IMG/VR virus record: IMGVR_UViG_3300027804_000076
Coordinates: 1-59,171 of that record
DNA: 59,171 nucleotides
Source of the DNA: a virus
Lineage: Duplodnaviria > Caudoviricetes
Direction: 5' to 3' (one strand)
How positions within the stretch are numbered: position 1 is the stretch's first letter; every line of letters starts with the position of its first letter. A program made the translations under genes and the position numbers. The notes beneath the pieces are model-generated. The model ran no database searches, was not told where the DNA came from, and worked only from the letters and a program-made list of their open reading frames with translations. Positions 7,240 through 15,837 of this stretch are shown here, piece by piece.

Positions 7240-7617
7240 TCAGGCATTCGTGGTGGCGAGAGCAGGAGCAGACGGGGGCGTAGTGGGCTGCGCGGCACTG
7301 GCGCGACCCTTCTGATTGGGCGAACCAGGCTTGCGACCCCGCTTGTTGGCGTTCACGGTGAGCGTGGCGACATCCGCAGCGAGTTCAGGGATGAGGTAGT
7401 TGCCCCGTCCCGCGCGCCGCGCCTTCGTAGCAGCGATCCACGCGGGAACCGCAATGTACGCGGAGGACTTCAGGAGTTCCACCAAGTCCTTGCGGCTCAC
7501 AGTGCAGGTGTCGTACACCGTCAGCGCAGTGCGATGCGTCTGGAGAAACTTGATGAATTCAATCTGACCAGGCGTGTACGAGGCGAGGAGGGGAAGCGTG
7601 TTGTTGGTAGTAGTCAT
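7240..7617 (-). CDS. Stand-alone paralog of the CobS N-terminal (putative DNA-binding) domain
   Basis: AVPAW..RRAGRGNYLIPELAAD..KRGR aligns with AVPAW..RKCGRGVYALPELFAD..KRGR. Confidence 0.75.
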   Translation of the reverse strand: MTTTNNTLPLLASYTPGQIEFIKFLQTHRTALTVYDTCTVSRKDLVELLKSSAYIAVPAWIAATKARRAGRGNYLIPELAADVATLTVNANKRGRKPGSPNQKGRASAAQPTTPPSAPALATTNA

Positions 7618-7636
7618 TGAAAGCGTGTCCTTGTGG

Positions 7637-7966
7637 TTAGCGGGTGGAAACCCAGTTGAGAATGGAGAGCAGATCGTTCAGCGTGGCGAATCCCTTGACG
7701 GTATCGCCGTCTTTGAACTTTACCAATTCGCCCTGCGGGTCAAAGATGGCAATTTCTACAGTGGTTGCGTGGTCGTCTTCGTGAATTTCTCCGTGTTTGA
7801 ATCTTTCTCCCTTGCTATCGGTTGAGTAGACCGTTGCTCCGTACACGATGCTGACGGTGTGTCCGTTGGGGAACACGAACCGTACTCCATTTTTTTCACT
7901 CAGCGCAAACCCTGTGCCTGGCTTGTCTGCGGCGCTGTGGTCAATGACGATGTGTCCGTTGTTCAT
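7637..7966 (-). CDS. Conserved phage hypothetical protein
   Basis: FPNGHTVSI...EIAI motif; AGGAGA SD. Confidence 0.7.
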   Translation of the reverse strand: MNNGHIVIDHSAADKPGTGFALSEKNGVRFVFPNGHTVSIVYGATVYSTDSKGERFKHGEIHEDDHATTVEIAIFDPQGELVKFKDGDTVKGFATLNDLLSILNWVSTR

Positions 7967-7983
7967 CCGTGTCTCCTATTAGA

Positions 7984-9324
7984 TTAGAACGGGCAAGCGT
8001 TGGGATCGTCCGACTTCGGCGCAGCGGTCGCGTCCTGCGGCTTCGGCTGCGTGTCCGCGTCCACTTTCGTGTACATCTGGGTGAAAGCGTCCTTCGTGGT
8101 GGGGTCGAACCGCGCCACGCACCGCTCAATCGCGGTCATCTTGTCACCGAACACCGAGAACGCGAACACGATGTCGCGCAGACGGCGCGTGGTGATGATC
8201 TCGCTCACCACCTGCTGCTTGAACGACTTGCGGATCACATCCGCCCAAGTCACGAGGTTGTCGATGAACGCATCGTCATCCACGCCCACGGAGTCCGCGA
8301 CCTTCTTGAGAATCCGCTTCTCCACCTTCGGGTCAGCGTAGTCCTGCTCGTAGGTGAACGCGAAACGGTCAAGGAACGCCTCGTTCAGGATGTTCGTGCC
8401 AGCGAACCGTCCGTCATCCGAACCCTTGCCCTTGGTGTTCGCGGTGGCGACCACCGTGAAGCCAGGCGCAGGGCGCACATACTTGCCGATCTTCGGGATG
8501 AACTTGCCCTTGCCCTCAAGCACGGACTGGAGGCACATGATGAGGTGACCGCCGAGGTCGATCTCGTCAAGCAGCAGCACCGCACCGCGCTCCATAGCCA
8601 CAAGCACGGGACCAGGCACGAAACGAGTCTCGCCACCGATCAGACGGAAACCGCCGAGCAGTTCGTCCTCATCGGTCGCGGCGGTGAAGTTCACGCGCAC
8701 ACACTCGCGCTTCAGCGAGGCGCACACCTGCTCCACCATCGTGGTCTTGCCGTTGCCGCTCAGACCCGTGATGAACACGGGGCAGAAACGCTTGGACTTG
8801 ATGATGGACTTGATCTCCGTGTGGTAGCCCCACGGAATGTAGTTGTCGTCCACCGCAGGGGTGAAGGTTTCGCTCTCGCCCTGCGTGATGGTACGCGCAA
8901 GGTCGGCAGTGTCGGTGCCGCTCGTCAGAGCGACCGCGCTGCACTCCTCCACACGCGGAGCGTCCGCAGTGACGGCGGGAGCCGCGACCACGGACGGCTC
9001 CTCGCGCTTCGCGGTCTTGACCGTCTTGACGGTCTTCGCACCCGCAGGGCGACCGCGCTTCACTTCGGTGATGTTGAACGCCGCGTCATCCGCGAAAAGT
9101 TCGGGGAGCGCGTACACGCCGCGACCGCACTTGCGCGACTTGTCCATGCACCACGCGGGGACGGCAGCGTAGCCCGCCTTGTGCGCCGCCTTGAACAGCG
9201 GCGAGAACTGGACGCTCTGCCCCTTGTCGGTGGTCTTCGCGGTCAGACCGAAAGCGGCGAGGTGCGGACGAACGGCAGTGATGAAGGCGAACTGAGTGGA
9301 CGAGATGTTGAAGGAGTTACCCAT
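7984..9324 (-). CDS. cobS: CobS/MoxR-type AAA+ ATPase
   Basis: Walker A GLSGNGKT, Walker B LLLDEID, ATANTKGKG, NEAFLDRF. Confidence 0.92.
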   Translation of the reverse strand: MGNSFNISSTQFAFITAVRPHLAAFGLTAKTTDKGQSVQFSPLFKAAHKAGYAAVPAWCMDKSRKCGRGVYALPELFADDAAFNITEVKRGRPAGAKTVKTVKTAKREEPSVVAAPAVTADAPRVEECSAVALTSGTDTADLARTITQGESETFTPAVDDNYIPWGYHTEIKSIIKSKRFCPVFITGLSGNGKTTMVEQVCASLKRECVRVNFTAATDEDELLGGFRLIGGETRFVPGPVLVAMERGAVLLLDEIDLGGHLIMCLQSVLEGKGKFIPKIGKYVRPAPGFTVVATANTKGKGSDDGRFAGTNILNEAFLDRFAFTYEQDYADPKVEKRILKKVADSVGVDDDAFIDNLVTWADVIRKSFKQQVVSEIITTRRLRDIVFAFSVFGDKMTAIERCVARFDPTTKDAFTQMYTKVDADTQPKPQDATAAPKSDDPNACPF

Positions 9325-9333
9325 AGTGTGATT

Positions 9334-9362
9334 ATTGTACTGGAAATCAGTCTTTATTTCAA
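9334..9362 (-). promoter_or_regulatory. Early promoter TTGAAA-N17-TACAAT
   Basis: Conserved TTTCCAGTACAAT; 21-mer box upstream. Confidence 0.75.
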
Positions 9363-9449
9363 GCGCGGCGGGGACAGCGCGTCCGATAATATCCGCCGTA
9401 AACCTTTGTGAAACAACCATTTACGCTCTGTGTGAAAAACAGAGGAATT

Positions 9450-11810
9450 TTAGACGGCGAGGTACTCACCGATGTGGGTCGCCACCGTGCGGAGCGCACC
9501 GTGCGCCATCTGCGTTTCCATGAACGCCTTCGCAAGCGCGCCCTTCGTGGCAGCACTGTCCATCTTGGACTCTGCCTTCTCAATGGCGGTCTGCGCGGTA
9601 CGGCTCACCTCGCCGTTCGCGTCACGGTGGAAGCGGTCAGCGTCCACCACGATGGCGGAATCCCAACCCCACACATCGCCACGAATGAAGCCGTCACGCT
9701 TCCACTCGTTGGACTTGCACACCATGCCGTAACGCGCAGGGTCAATGGACCTGCGCGAACCACCGACCAGACCGATCCAGTGGATCTTCGCGCCAGTGCG
9801 GCGGCGGATGATGTCCACCGCGATCATGGCGTGGGGATTGCTCACGGTGTTGGGGATGCCGTTCGTGCCGAACTGGAAGTAGCCGTGGCTCTTGCGGTAG
9901 CCGTAAGCGTCCTTGCCCCACTTCTGAACGCGGTTCAGATCGTAAGCCGCACCCGTGCGGTGATCAGTGAGAACCACGGCAGTGCGCGAGGTGGAGCGGT
10001 ACGAGTTTGCAGCGGACGGATCGTGCTTTGTCCAATTGAACTCCATCTGGTCGGTGGGTTCGCCGTCCGTGAGCACCACGGTGTGCACGATCTGCACACG
10101 GCTGCGCTTCACGAAAGTCTCCACAAGATCAGCCGTAGCCATGAGCGCAGCGGTGGTGGGGGTGCCGTTCAGCCCGTAGCGGTAGTCGCAGGTGCCCATC
10201 TGGCGCCAGTTCCACAGGCAGGTCTTCGCGGCTTCGTAGTCCGCGCCGTTCATGCGCGAGGACAGCAGGTTCAGCATGACCACATCGCGGGTGTTCACGC
10301 TAGCCGCACGGCGGCGGTCGTGGTCAGCCTGATACGCAGCGTCCCGTTCAGCCTGTCCTTCCTTGGAGTAGCCGTCCTTCGTGGCGTAGTAGCCCTGATC
10401 CGAGAAAGCGTACACCTCAAACGGCACACCGCACTTGCGGCAGAAGTCCGCAAGGATGAACAACTGCCCAATGGTGGACTGCATGATGTAGTTCATGGAA
10501 GAAGACCAGTCAAGCAGGATCACGATGCCGTGGTTCTTGCCGTCAGCCATGCGCGTGGTGCGGCGGAAGATGTCGTCCGTCCACTTGTACTGGTTCATGC
10601 GGAGGGTATCAAGCGAACCGCTCTTCGCAACGGTGGTGCGGCGCCAGTTGTCCGCAGCCTTGCGGCGGTTGAACGCGGTCGCCATCGTGGTGCTGGCGGT
10701 GATGTAGTCACCGATGCGGACAGGCTGCGCCATGTAGCGGCTCATGCCTGACGAACGCATATCCGTGAGGAACTGCGTGTAGTCAATGGTCTTCGCGCTC
10801 TGCGACAGGTCAGCCGTGCTGACGCGCACGATCTCGTCAATGTTGCCGCTGTCGCTCTTCGCAAACTCCTCAAGAGCCGCCTCAAGGTTGCGGTTCGTGG
10901 TGGGAGCGATGCTGTCGCTCTTGTCGTTGGACAACTCCTTCTTCGCGGCAGCACCACTGGACTGCGACTCCCCCTGCGGCTCCGAGTCCTTGGGCTGCTC
11001 ACCGTCCTCGCCGTCCTGCGGCTTGCCGCTCTGCGACTGCTCCTGCTCGTCACCGTTCCCGCCCCCGTTGTTGGAGCCGTCCTCGTTCTGCTCCTGCGAA
11101 TCGGAATCATCCGAACCGCTAGCGTCCACCGAGCCGTCACCGTCCTCGCCGTCAGCGTCCACAGCCACGGGTTCGCCGTCCTGCTCCTGCTCCTGCGCCT
11201 TCTGCTCCTGCGCGAACACGATCATGTCCGTAGCGAGAGCCACGACATCCTCCCAAGTGGCGGTAGTCTCGCCACGGGAAACGAGCGTCTGCTCCTCCGC
11301 AGTGAACCGCACGATCACGCCAGCGTGGATGCCGCACTTGTAGTGGAGGTTGAAGCGGTCGGCAAGGTTCAGACTGCCGATGTCCGACAGGTCGCCAAAG
11401 AACTCGCGCTCCATCAGGGTCTTGTACGCAGCGATGAAGTCCGACTTCAGACCGCGGAACTTCGACTGGATCATGCGCTCAATGCGCGCGTCCTCAACAA
11501 TATTGAGGTACTGCTTCGCAGTGTCCTTGGAGCAGCCAGTGGCAGCAGCCACCGAATCAATCGCACTGCGCCAACCCGCAGCGGGGGTGTACAGGGCGTG
11601 AGCCACTTCGTGCCCAACGAGCATATCGTAGAGCGAACCGCTGGCGTTGCTCCACATGGGGAGGTGGAGACTGCGCGTCTTCAGGTCAAAGAACGCGGTG
11701 GGGATGTTCTGGTGAACCACCGAAATATTTTCAGTGGCGAGAAGCCGCGCAAGCATGGACTTCGCGGCATTGGGAGCGGTCGGGAGCGAAACAGTAGAGG
11801 TCGGAACCAT
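9450..11810 (-). CDS. CobT-like partner: N-terminal HExxH/EDARIE domain, acidic linker, C-terminal VWA domain
   Basis: GHEVAHAL, NIVEDARIE, MIDAS DWSSS, GTPT, LTDGE. Confidence 0.88.
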   Translation of the reverse strand: MVPTSTVSLPTAPNAAKSMLARLLATENISVVHQNIPTAFFDLKTRSLHLPMWSNASGSLYDMLVGHEVAHALYTPAAGWRSAIDSVAAATGCSKDTAKQYLNIVEDARIERMIQSKFRGLKSDFIAAYKTLMEREFFGDLSDIGSLNLADRFNLHYKCGIHAGVIVRFTAEEQTLVSRGETTATWEDVVALATDMIVFAQEQKAQEQEQDGEPVAVDADGEDGDGSVDASGSDDSDSQEQNEDGSNNGGGNGDEQEQSQSGKPQDGEDGEQPKDSEPQGESQSSGAAAKKELSNDKSDSIAPTTNRNLEAALEEFAKSDSGNIDEIVRVSTADLSQSAKTIDYTQFLTDMRSSGMSRYMAQPVRIGDYITASTTMATAFNRRKAADNWRRTTVAKSGSLDTLRMNQYKWTDDIFRRTTRMADGKNHGIVILLDWSSSMNYIMQSTIGQLFILADFCRKCGVPFEVYAFSDQGYYATKDGYSKEGQAERDAAYQADHDRRRAASVNTRDVVMLNLLSSRMNGADYEAAKTCLWNWRQMGTCDYRYGLNGTPTTAALMATADLVETFVKRSRVQIVHTVVLTDGEPTDQMEFNWTKHDPSAANSYRSTSRTAVVLTDHRTGAAYDLNRVQKWGKDAYGYRKSHGYFQFGTNGIPNTVSNPHAMIAVDIIRRRTGAKIHWIGLVGGSRRSIDPARYGMVCKSNEWKRDGFIRGDVWGWDSAIVVDADRFHRDANGEVSRTAQTAIEKAESKMDSAATKGALAKAFMETQMAHGALRTVATHIGEYLAV

Positions 11811-11816
11811 GCCCCA

Positions 11817-11845
11817 ATTGTACTGGAAAATAGGAGTTTTTGCAA
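11817..11845 (-). promoter_or_regulatory. Early promoter TTGCAA-N17-TACAAT, leaderless
   Basis: ATG 6 nt after the -10 box. Confidence 0.78.
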
Positions 11846-12146
11846 GCCCACAGGCGCATTCAAATATACAGATCGTAAACCCTTGGTATTAAAGGACTTA
11901 CGGGGACAGCGCGTCCGATAACCTCGTTTGGGGGGTGGGGACGCGCCTGCCGCCCGCAAGCCCGCACGAGCCGCGCCCCGCTCTTCACGCATTCCCGTAA
12001 TGCCGCAACTACTCCAGTGTCTGCTGGTGACGCCCCAGCAGGCACAAATATTTGAATGGTATTGAAATGATTCCGCGCTCCTATTCTTCACGGATTCCTC
12101 CCGTATACTAGACTATCTACAGTAGCACCTAACCCGAGGAGTTCCA

Positions 12147-12572
12147 ATGGCTTACCTCAAGAATCCCCGTGTGCAGCACTTCCTGAAGACCATCCGCTCA
12201 CAGTGCAAGAAGTGCAATGTGCGGTTTACCCTGTCCAGCGGTTACGAAGTAAACGCGGAGGGCGAGCGGTGTCAGGGATATTTCACAGAACCGTGGCATC
12301 AGCACGGGCACAGGGGCGAACTCCGTGTGGCTGTGGGTGGTCGCAAGACTTCCGACTGGCTGTACACCCTCGCGCACGAATACGCCCACTTTCTCCAGTG
12401 GATGCGTGACGACCCCATCTGGCGCGAGAAAGACTATGTGACCCTAGAGAAGCAGACCGAGAAGGAAGCACTAGAGTTGTGCAGGACTTTTAAATTGCCT
12501 ATTCCACGCCGTGTACTGCTGCGGGAACACAGGAAGTACATGAAGAAACTGTCGCGGGAGTGCGCTACATAA
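12147..12572 (+). CDS. HExxH metallopeptidase-like protein
   Basis: LAHEYAHFLQ...E motif; GAGGAG SD. Confidence 0.75.
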   Translation: MAYLKNPRVQHFLKTIRSQCKKCNVRFTLSSGYEVNAEGERCQGYFTEPWHQHGHRGELRVAVGGRKTSDWLYTLAHEYAHFLQWMRDDPIWREKDYVTLEKQTEKEALELCRTFKLPIPRRVLLREHRKYMKKLSRECAT

Positions 12573-12589
12573 GTGTAGGAGACTACACT

Positions 12590-12874
12590 ATGCCCACCTA
12601 CGAGTACCAGTGCCGAAAGTGCAAGCACGCTTTTGAAGACATTAAAAAGATAGACGACCGTGACGCACCGTGCAGCGCACCGTGTCCCGCTTGCAAGAAG
12701 CGTGGTGTGGAGCGCGGCATCAGTGTGCCTGTGATGGGCGCGGACGCAACGGTGGGACCAGGCGCGGACTTTAAAGAATTGACGCGCAAGATGAGCCGCG
12801 GTCTACCCAAAAGCGCACGGGGCAATCTGGAACGCGCTGCCTCTCTGCGTGGTCGCAAGTACGGCGCACAGTAA
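12590..12874 (+). CDS. FmdB-family zinc-ribbon protein
   Basis: MPTYEYQCRKC...CPAC; AGGAGA SD. Confidence 0.85.
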   Translation: MPTYEYQCRKCKHAFEDIKKIDDRDAPCSAPCPACKKRGVERGISVPVMGADATVGPGADFKELTRKMSRGLPKSARGNLERAASLRGRKYGAQ

Positions 12875-12928
12875 ACGCTTTCACACACAGTACCCTATTT
12901 TTTCCAGTATTCACAAAGGTGGGTCACC

Positions 12929-13171
12929 GTGGGGCAAAGTGGAGCCACATTCTCAAATATTACTTCAAATCCGCATTCTGGCAGCACCAGTGGCGGTTTC
13001 GGTCTGGGTGATGCCGTACACGCTGTTACACACGCTCTAGGGATTCCCGAGTGTGCGTCCTGTGGAAAGCGGCGTGACTTCTTTAACCGTCTGCTCCGCA
13101 TCTCCTCTGCACCAGACCCCCTGACCGCCTACATAATTTCACAAACACCCCCACAGGAGAAAGCCCCATGA
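12929..13171 (+). CDS. Hypothetical phage protein
   Basis: GLGDAVHAVTHALGI..C.SC.KRR..FN motif; start uncertain. Confidence 0.55.
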   Translation: MGQSGATFSNITSNPHSGSTSGGFGLGDAVHAVTHALGIPECASCGKRRDFFNRLLRISSAPDPLTAYIISQTPPQEKAP

Positions 13172-13545
13172 GCAACCCCTTCCGCCACGACCCACACCCC
13201 GACCTGACCGCAGCCATTCGTGGCGTGGTGAGCGAATCCCACACCCGCGCGCAATTGGAGAAGTTGAGCATCTCCCGCCTCCGTGAACTGAAAAAGAAGT
13301 ACGAGGGGCTGGTGCTGAAGGGTGATCGGGATGCCGCCCGTGAACTGGCGGACATTCGTGGACTGCTGCGTAGCAAGGGTGCGGGAAGCGTGGTGGATGA
13401 AGCGGTGTCACCGTGCGAGAAAGCCGCTATGAAGCGGCTGCGGGACGCGAACGCCGCCGACCTAGAGGAGTACCCTGGTAAGCGGGGTGAAAGGGCACAC
13501 GCGCGGCTCCACACCACCATCGGCTCCATTCTCAAAAAGAAGTAA
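13168..13545 (+). CDS. Basic hypothetical late protein
   Basis: ORF followed by a terminator. Confidence 0.7.
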   Translation: MSNPFRHDPHPDLTAAIRGVVSESHTRAQLEKLSISRLRELKKKYEGLVLKGDRDAARELADIRGLLRSKGAGSVVDEAVSPCEKAAMKRLRDANAADLEEYPGKRGERAHARLHTTIGSILKKK

Positions 13546-13572
13546 TACCCCCATCCACCACGGCAAGTGACT

Positions 13573-13598
13573 AGCCCCCGAACAGGGGGCTTTTCTTT
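13573..13598 (+). terminator. Rho-independent terminator
   Basis: AGCCCCC-GAACA-GGGGGCT followed by TTTCTTT. Confidence 0.85.
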
Positions 13599-13602
13599 GG
13601 GT

Positions 13603-13609
13603 CTAAATA
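13603..13609 (+). promoter_or_regulatory. T4-like late promoter CTAAATA (others: 16604, 22810, 25159, 35518 on +; 3632, 6148, 36889, 42613, 43439 on -; CTACATA variants at 12565, 21941 on +, 5814, 38905, 56445 on -)
   Basis: Recurrent heptamer just upstream of gene starts; resembles the gp55-dependent TATAAATA box. Confidence 0.75.
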
Positions 13610-13614
13610 CGGGG

Positions 13615-14166
13615 ATGAAACCATTCTCCCAACATCTCCGCGAAGCCGTGATCTCACGCAAGCCCGTTGCAAAACGCGCGGGCAAGTTGACCCGCGATCC
13701 GCAGACCGTGGAGCGGCTGAAAAAGGAATTCACCCACGATGGCATTACATGGATCAACTACACGGACATCGGACACGACAATCCTGCACCGTGGCTGCTG
13801 AAACACTGGGGCATGAGTGCAGGGGATGTTTCGCGTGACCTGTTGCCCCTCCTGTGGTGGGTGGACAAAAAGGACAATGTGGTGATCTACGAGATTCCGA
13901 AGGATCAGACCGCAACGGACATCATCCACCACGACATTCCCGAGTACCGCAAGGCAGTTTCGCCCCAGTGGGGAGGCATGACGAAGTACCAGGGGCGCAT
14001 CGACCGCATCCGCAAGACCATTATTCTGATTTCAGGCACAACGCAGAGCCTGTTGACCCAACGCGCACTGCAACGGGGCAAGGGGCGCGTTGCGTCCACG
14101 CTCGCACGAATGTTCCCTGGCTATACGATCATTGACCGCGATGCCGAAGGAGCCATTGAACTATGA
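13615..14166 (+). CDS. Putative internal head protein 1
   Basis: Leader MKPFSQHLRE. Confidence 0.7.
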   Translation: MKPFSQHLREAVISRKPVAKRAGKLTRDPQTVERLKKEFTHDGITWINYTDIGHDNPAPWLLKHWGMSAGDVSRDLLPLLWWVDKKDNVVIYEIPKDQTATDIIHHDIPEYRKAVSPQWGGMTKYQGRIDRIRKTIILISGTTQSLLTQRALQRGKGRVASTLARMFPGYTIIDRDAEGAIEL

Positions 14167-14690
14167 GAGGCTTCAGCGGTTACATTACCGAAGGCACGGA
14201 ACACGGGAACACACCGCAGCCCAAGCCGCAATACTTCAGAGAGCCGTTCAACATCAGCGGCAAGATTGTCCAGTTGTATCCCGTGTTTGAGGTTCCCGTG
14301 AAGGACAAGAAGTATAGGCGTATACGCCACTCCATCGGAGATCGTGAGGGCTATCCGTATAATGTGGACTCGCCAGGTCAGAAAGCGTATGACAACAAGA
14401 TGAGTGTGTGGCGATGGCGCGTTCGCATTCAGACTGATGAAGGCTGGATGCTCATGGGCTACATCGGCAGGGCAGATCGCAAAGAGGGTTTGCCGCCCAT
14501 TCGCATGGGTGACACCGTTGAATTGCAGAAACTACAGTTGTCTGAACGAACAGGTGGACACAGTTATGTGCAGGGTGGATACTACTTTGCTCGGGGTGGG
14601 ATTGAAAGAACATCCGAAAAAGCATTGGACTACCGCTCAAACAGGTACGACAGGCAACTCCACGGAAAGGTGAAGCGTAAAGCCGTATGA
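14163..14690 (+). CDS. Putative internal head protein 2
   Basis: Leader MRGFSGYITE; ATGA overlap. Confidence 0.7.
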   Translation: MRGFSGYITEGTEHGNTPQPKPQYFREPFNISGKIVQLYPVFEVPVKDKKYRRIRHSIGDREGYPYNVDSPGQKAYDNKMSVWRWRVRIQTDEGWMLMGYIGRADRKEGLPPIRMGDTVELQKLQLSERTGGHSYVQGGYYFARGGIERTSEKALDYRSNRYDRQLHGKVKRKAV

Positions 14691-15376
14691 ACACATTCCG
14701 CTCCTATCTCACAGAACTGTTTGACCGCACTTTTGAATTGGACGAGTACTCAAACCAATTCAGTTTTCTTGTGCATGAAAAGGGTGGTCGCCTGCTGCCT
14801 GTGCCGCACGGTGGCGAGGCATTGGACAAATGGGTGGAGGAGAACTTCAACGGCACTACTCCCAATGTGTACAAGTATGTGGTGGACTTCACCGAGATAT
14901 GGTTGATTGAAGGCTACGAAGAGTTCATGCTCTGGTACGGCATTATCGACAAAAACGACATCTACGAACTGGGCTTTGAGCGCAGGCTTGTTGAATTGGA
15001 TCGCCTGATCCGTCCGCGACCTGTTGGTTCCGCTGCCAACAAGAAGATCAGCCGCTACTACTGGCGGTCGGTTGACATCGGCGGCACGGACGAAGACCTG
15101 AACTGGCTTGGTGCAGGCGAAGCGGCTGCGGTGATCGGCACGGTGGTGGAAGCCGCGAAGCGATTCGTGAGGAAGCACCGTCCACGCGGGGTCGTGATCG
15201 GCACGAAAGCAGAAGCCAATCCTGCGCGTGGTCGCATCTACAAGGCTCTTGCTCGTAAAACAGCCACAGCAGCAAAAGGCACGGTGTACGATCTTGGAAT
15301 GGCGCGTGGCAACATGGCAGCACCCGCGATCATTTGGTTCCGCAAGCGTGACGATCCGTTCAAGGGGAAAGCATGA
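14687..15376 (+). CDS. Putative internal head protein 3 (paralog family A)
   Basis: Leader MNTFRSYLTE; G.GEA..V..TV..A..F..P...K...R..Y..L. Confidence 0.72.
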   Translation: MNTFRSYLTELFDRTFELDEYSNQFSFLVHEKGGRLLPVPHGGEALDKWVEENFNGTTPNVYKYVVDFTEIWLIEGYEEFMLWYGIIDKNDIYELGFERRLVELDRLIRPRPVGSAANKKISRYYWRSVDIGGTDEDLNWLGAGEAAAVIGTVVEAAKRFVRKHRPRGVVIGTKAEANPARGRIYKALARKTATAAKGTVYDLGMARGNMAAPAIIWFRKRDDPFKGKA

Positions 15377-15837
15377 AAGACTTCCGCTCCTATCTCACAG
15401 AACTGTTTGAGCAGCCGTGGCTGCACATGGAAACTATGGAGGACCGCCGCTCAAATGGTTTGTTGTTTGTCAACTACATTTACGCTGATCCGCGAAGCCC
15501 TGAAGACTACACCAAATACTTGATGATCATATTTGAACAGCAGAACACCAATTCATGGGCATTGCTGTTCACCCGTGGCGGCAGTTTTGCCGTAAGCGGA
15601 CAAGGCGATGCGGGTGGCGTGTTTGCGTCCGTGCTTGACGCAGCAGGAAAATTCCTGAAGAAGCACAAGCCCGAGTTCATTACATTCAGTGCGTTGAAAG
15701 AGGGTAAAGGCACTTCACGCGAACGGGCGTATGCAGCACTGGTGAAGCGATTTGCGTCCAAATACGGATACGCACTGGATCATAAAGAATCAGGTGATTT
15801 TGAAGCAATGTGGAAACTCAGGCGAGGTAGAGCATGA
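15373..15837 (+). CDS. Putative internal head protein 4 (paralog family A)
   Basis: Leader MKDFRSYLTE; same core motif. Confidence 0.72.
   Translation: MKDFRSYLTELFEQPWLHMETMEDRRSNGLLFVNYIYADPRSPEDYTKYLMIIFEQQNTNSWALLFTRGGSFAVSGQGDAGGVFASVLDAAGKFLKKHKPEFITFSALKEGKGTSRERAYAALVKRFASKYGYALDHKESGDFEAMWKLRRGRA

Noticed and set aside
7969-10751. Long plus-strand ORFs (480 and 447 aa) and similar antisense ORFs such as 56555-58045 and 49660-50523
   Set aside because: Shadow frames of well-supported genes on the opposite strand, caused by GC-rich codon bias
7984-11810. Cobalamin-biosynthesis auxiliary genes supporting B12-dependent NrdJ
   Set aside because: Phage CobS/CobT-like pairs are generic MoxR-VWA systems; no cobN or other cob genes in the window
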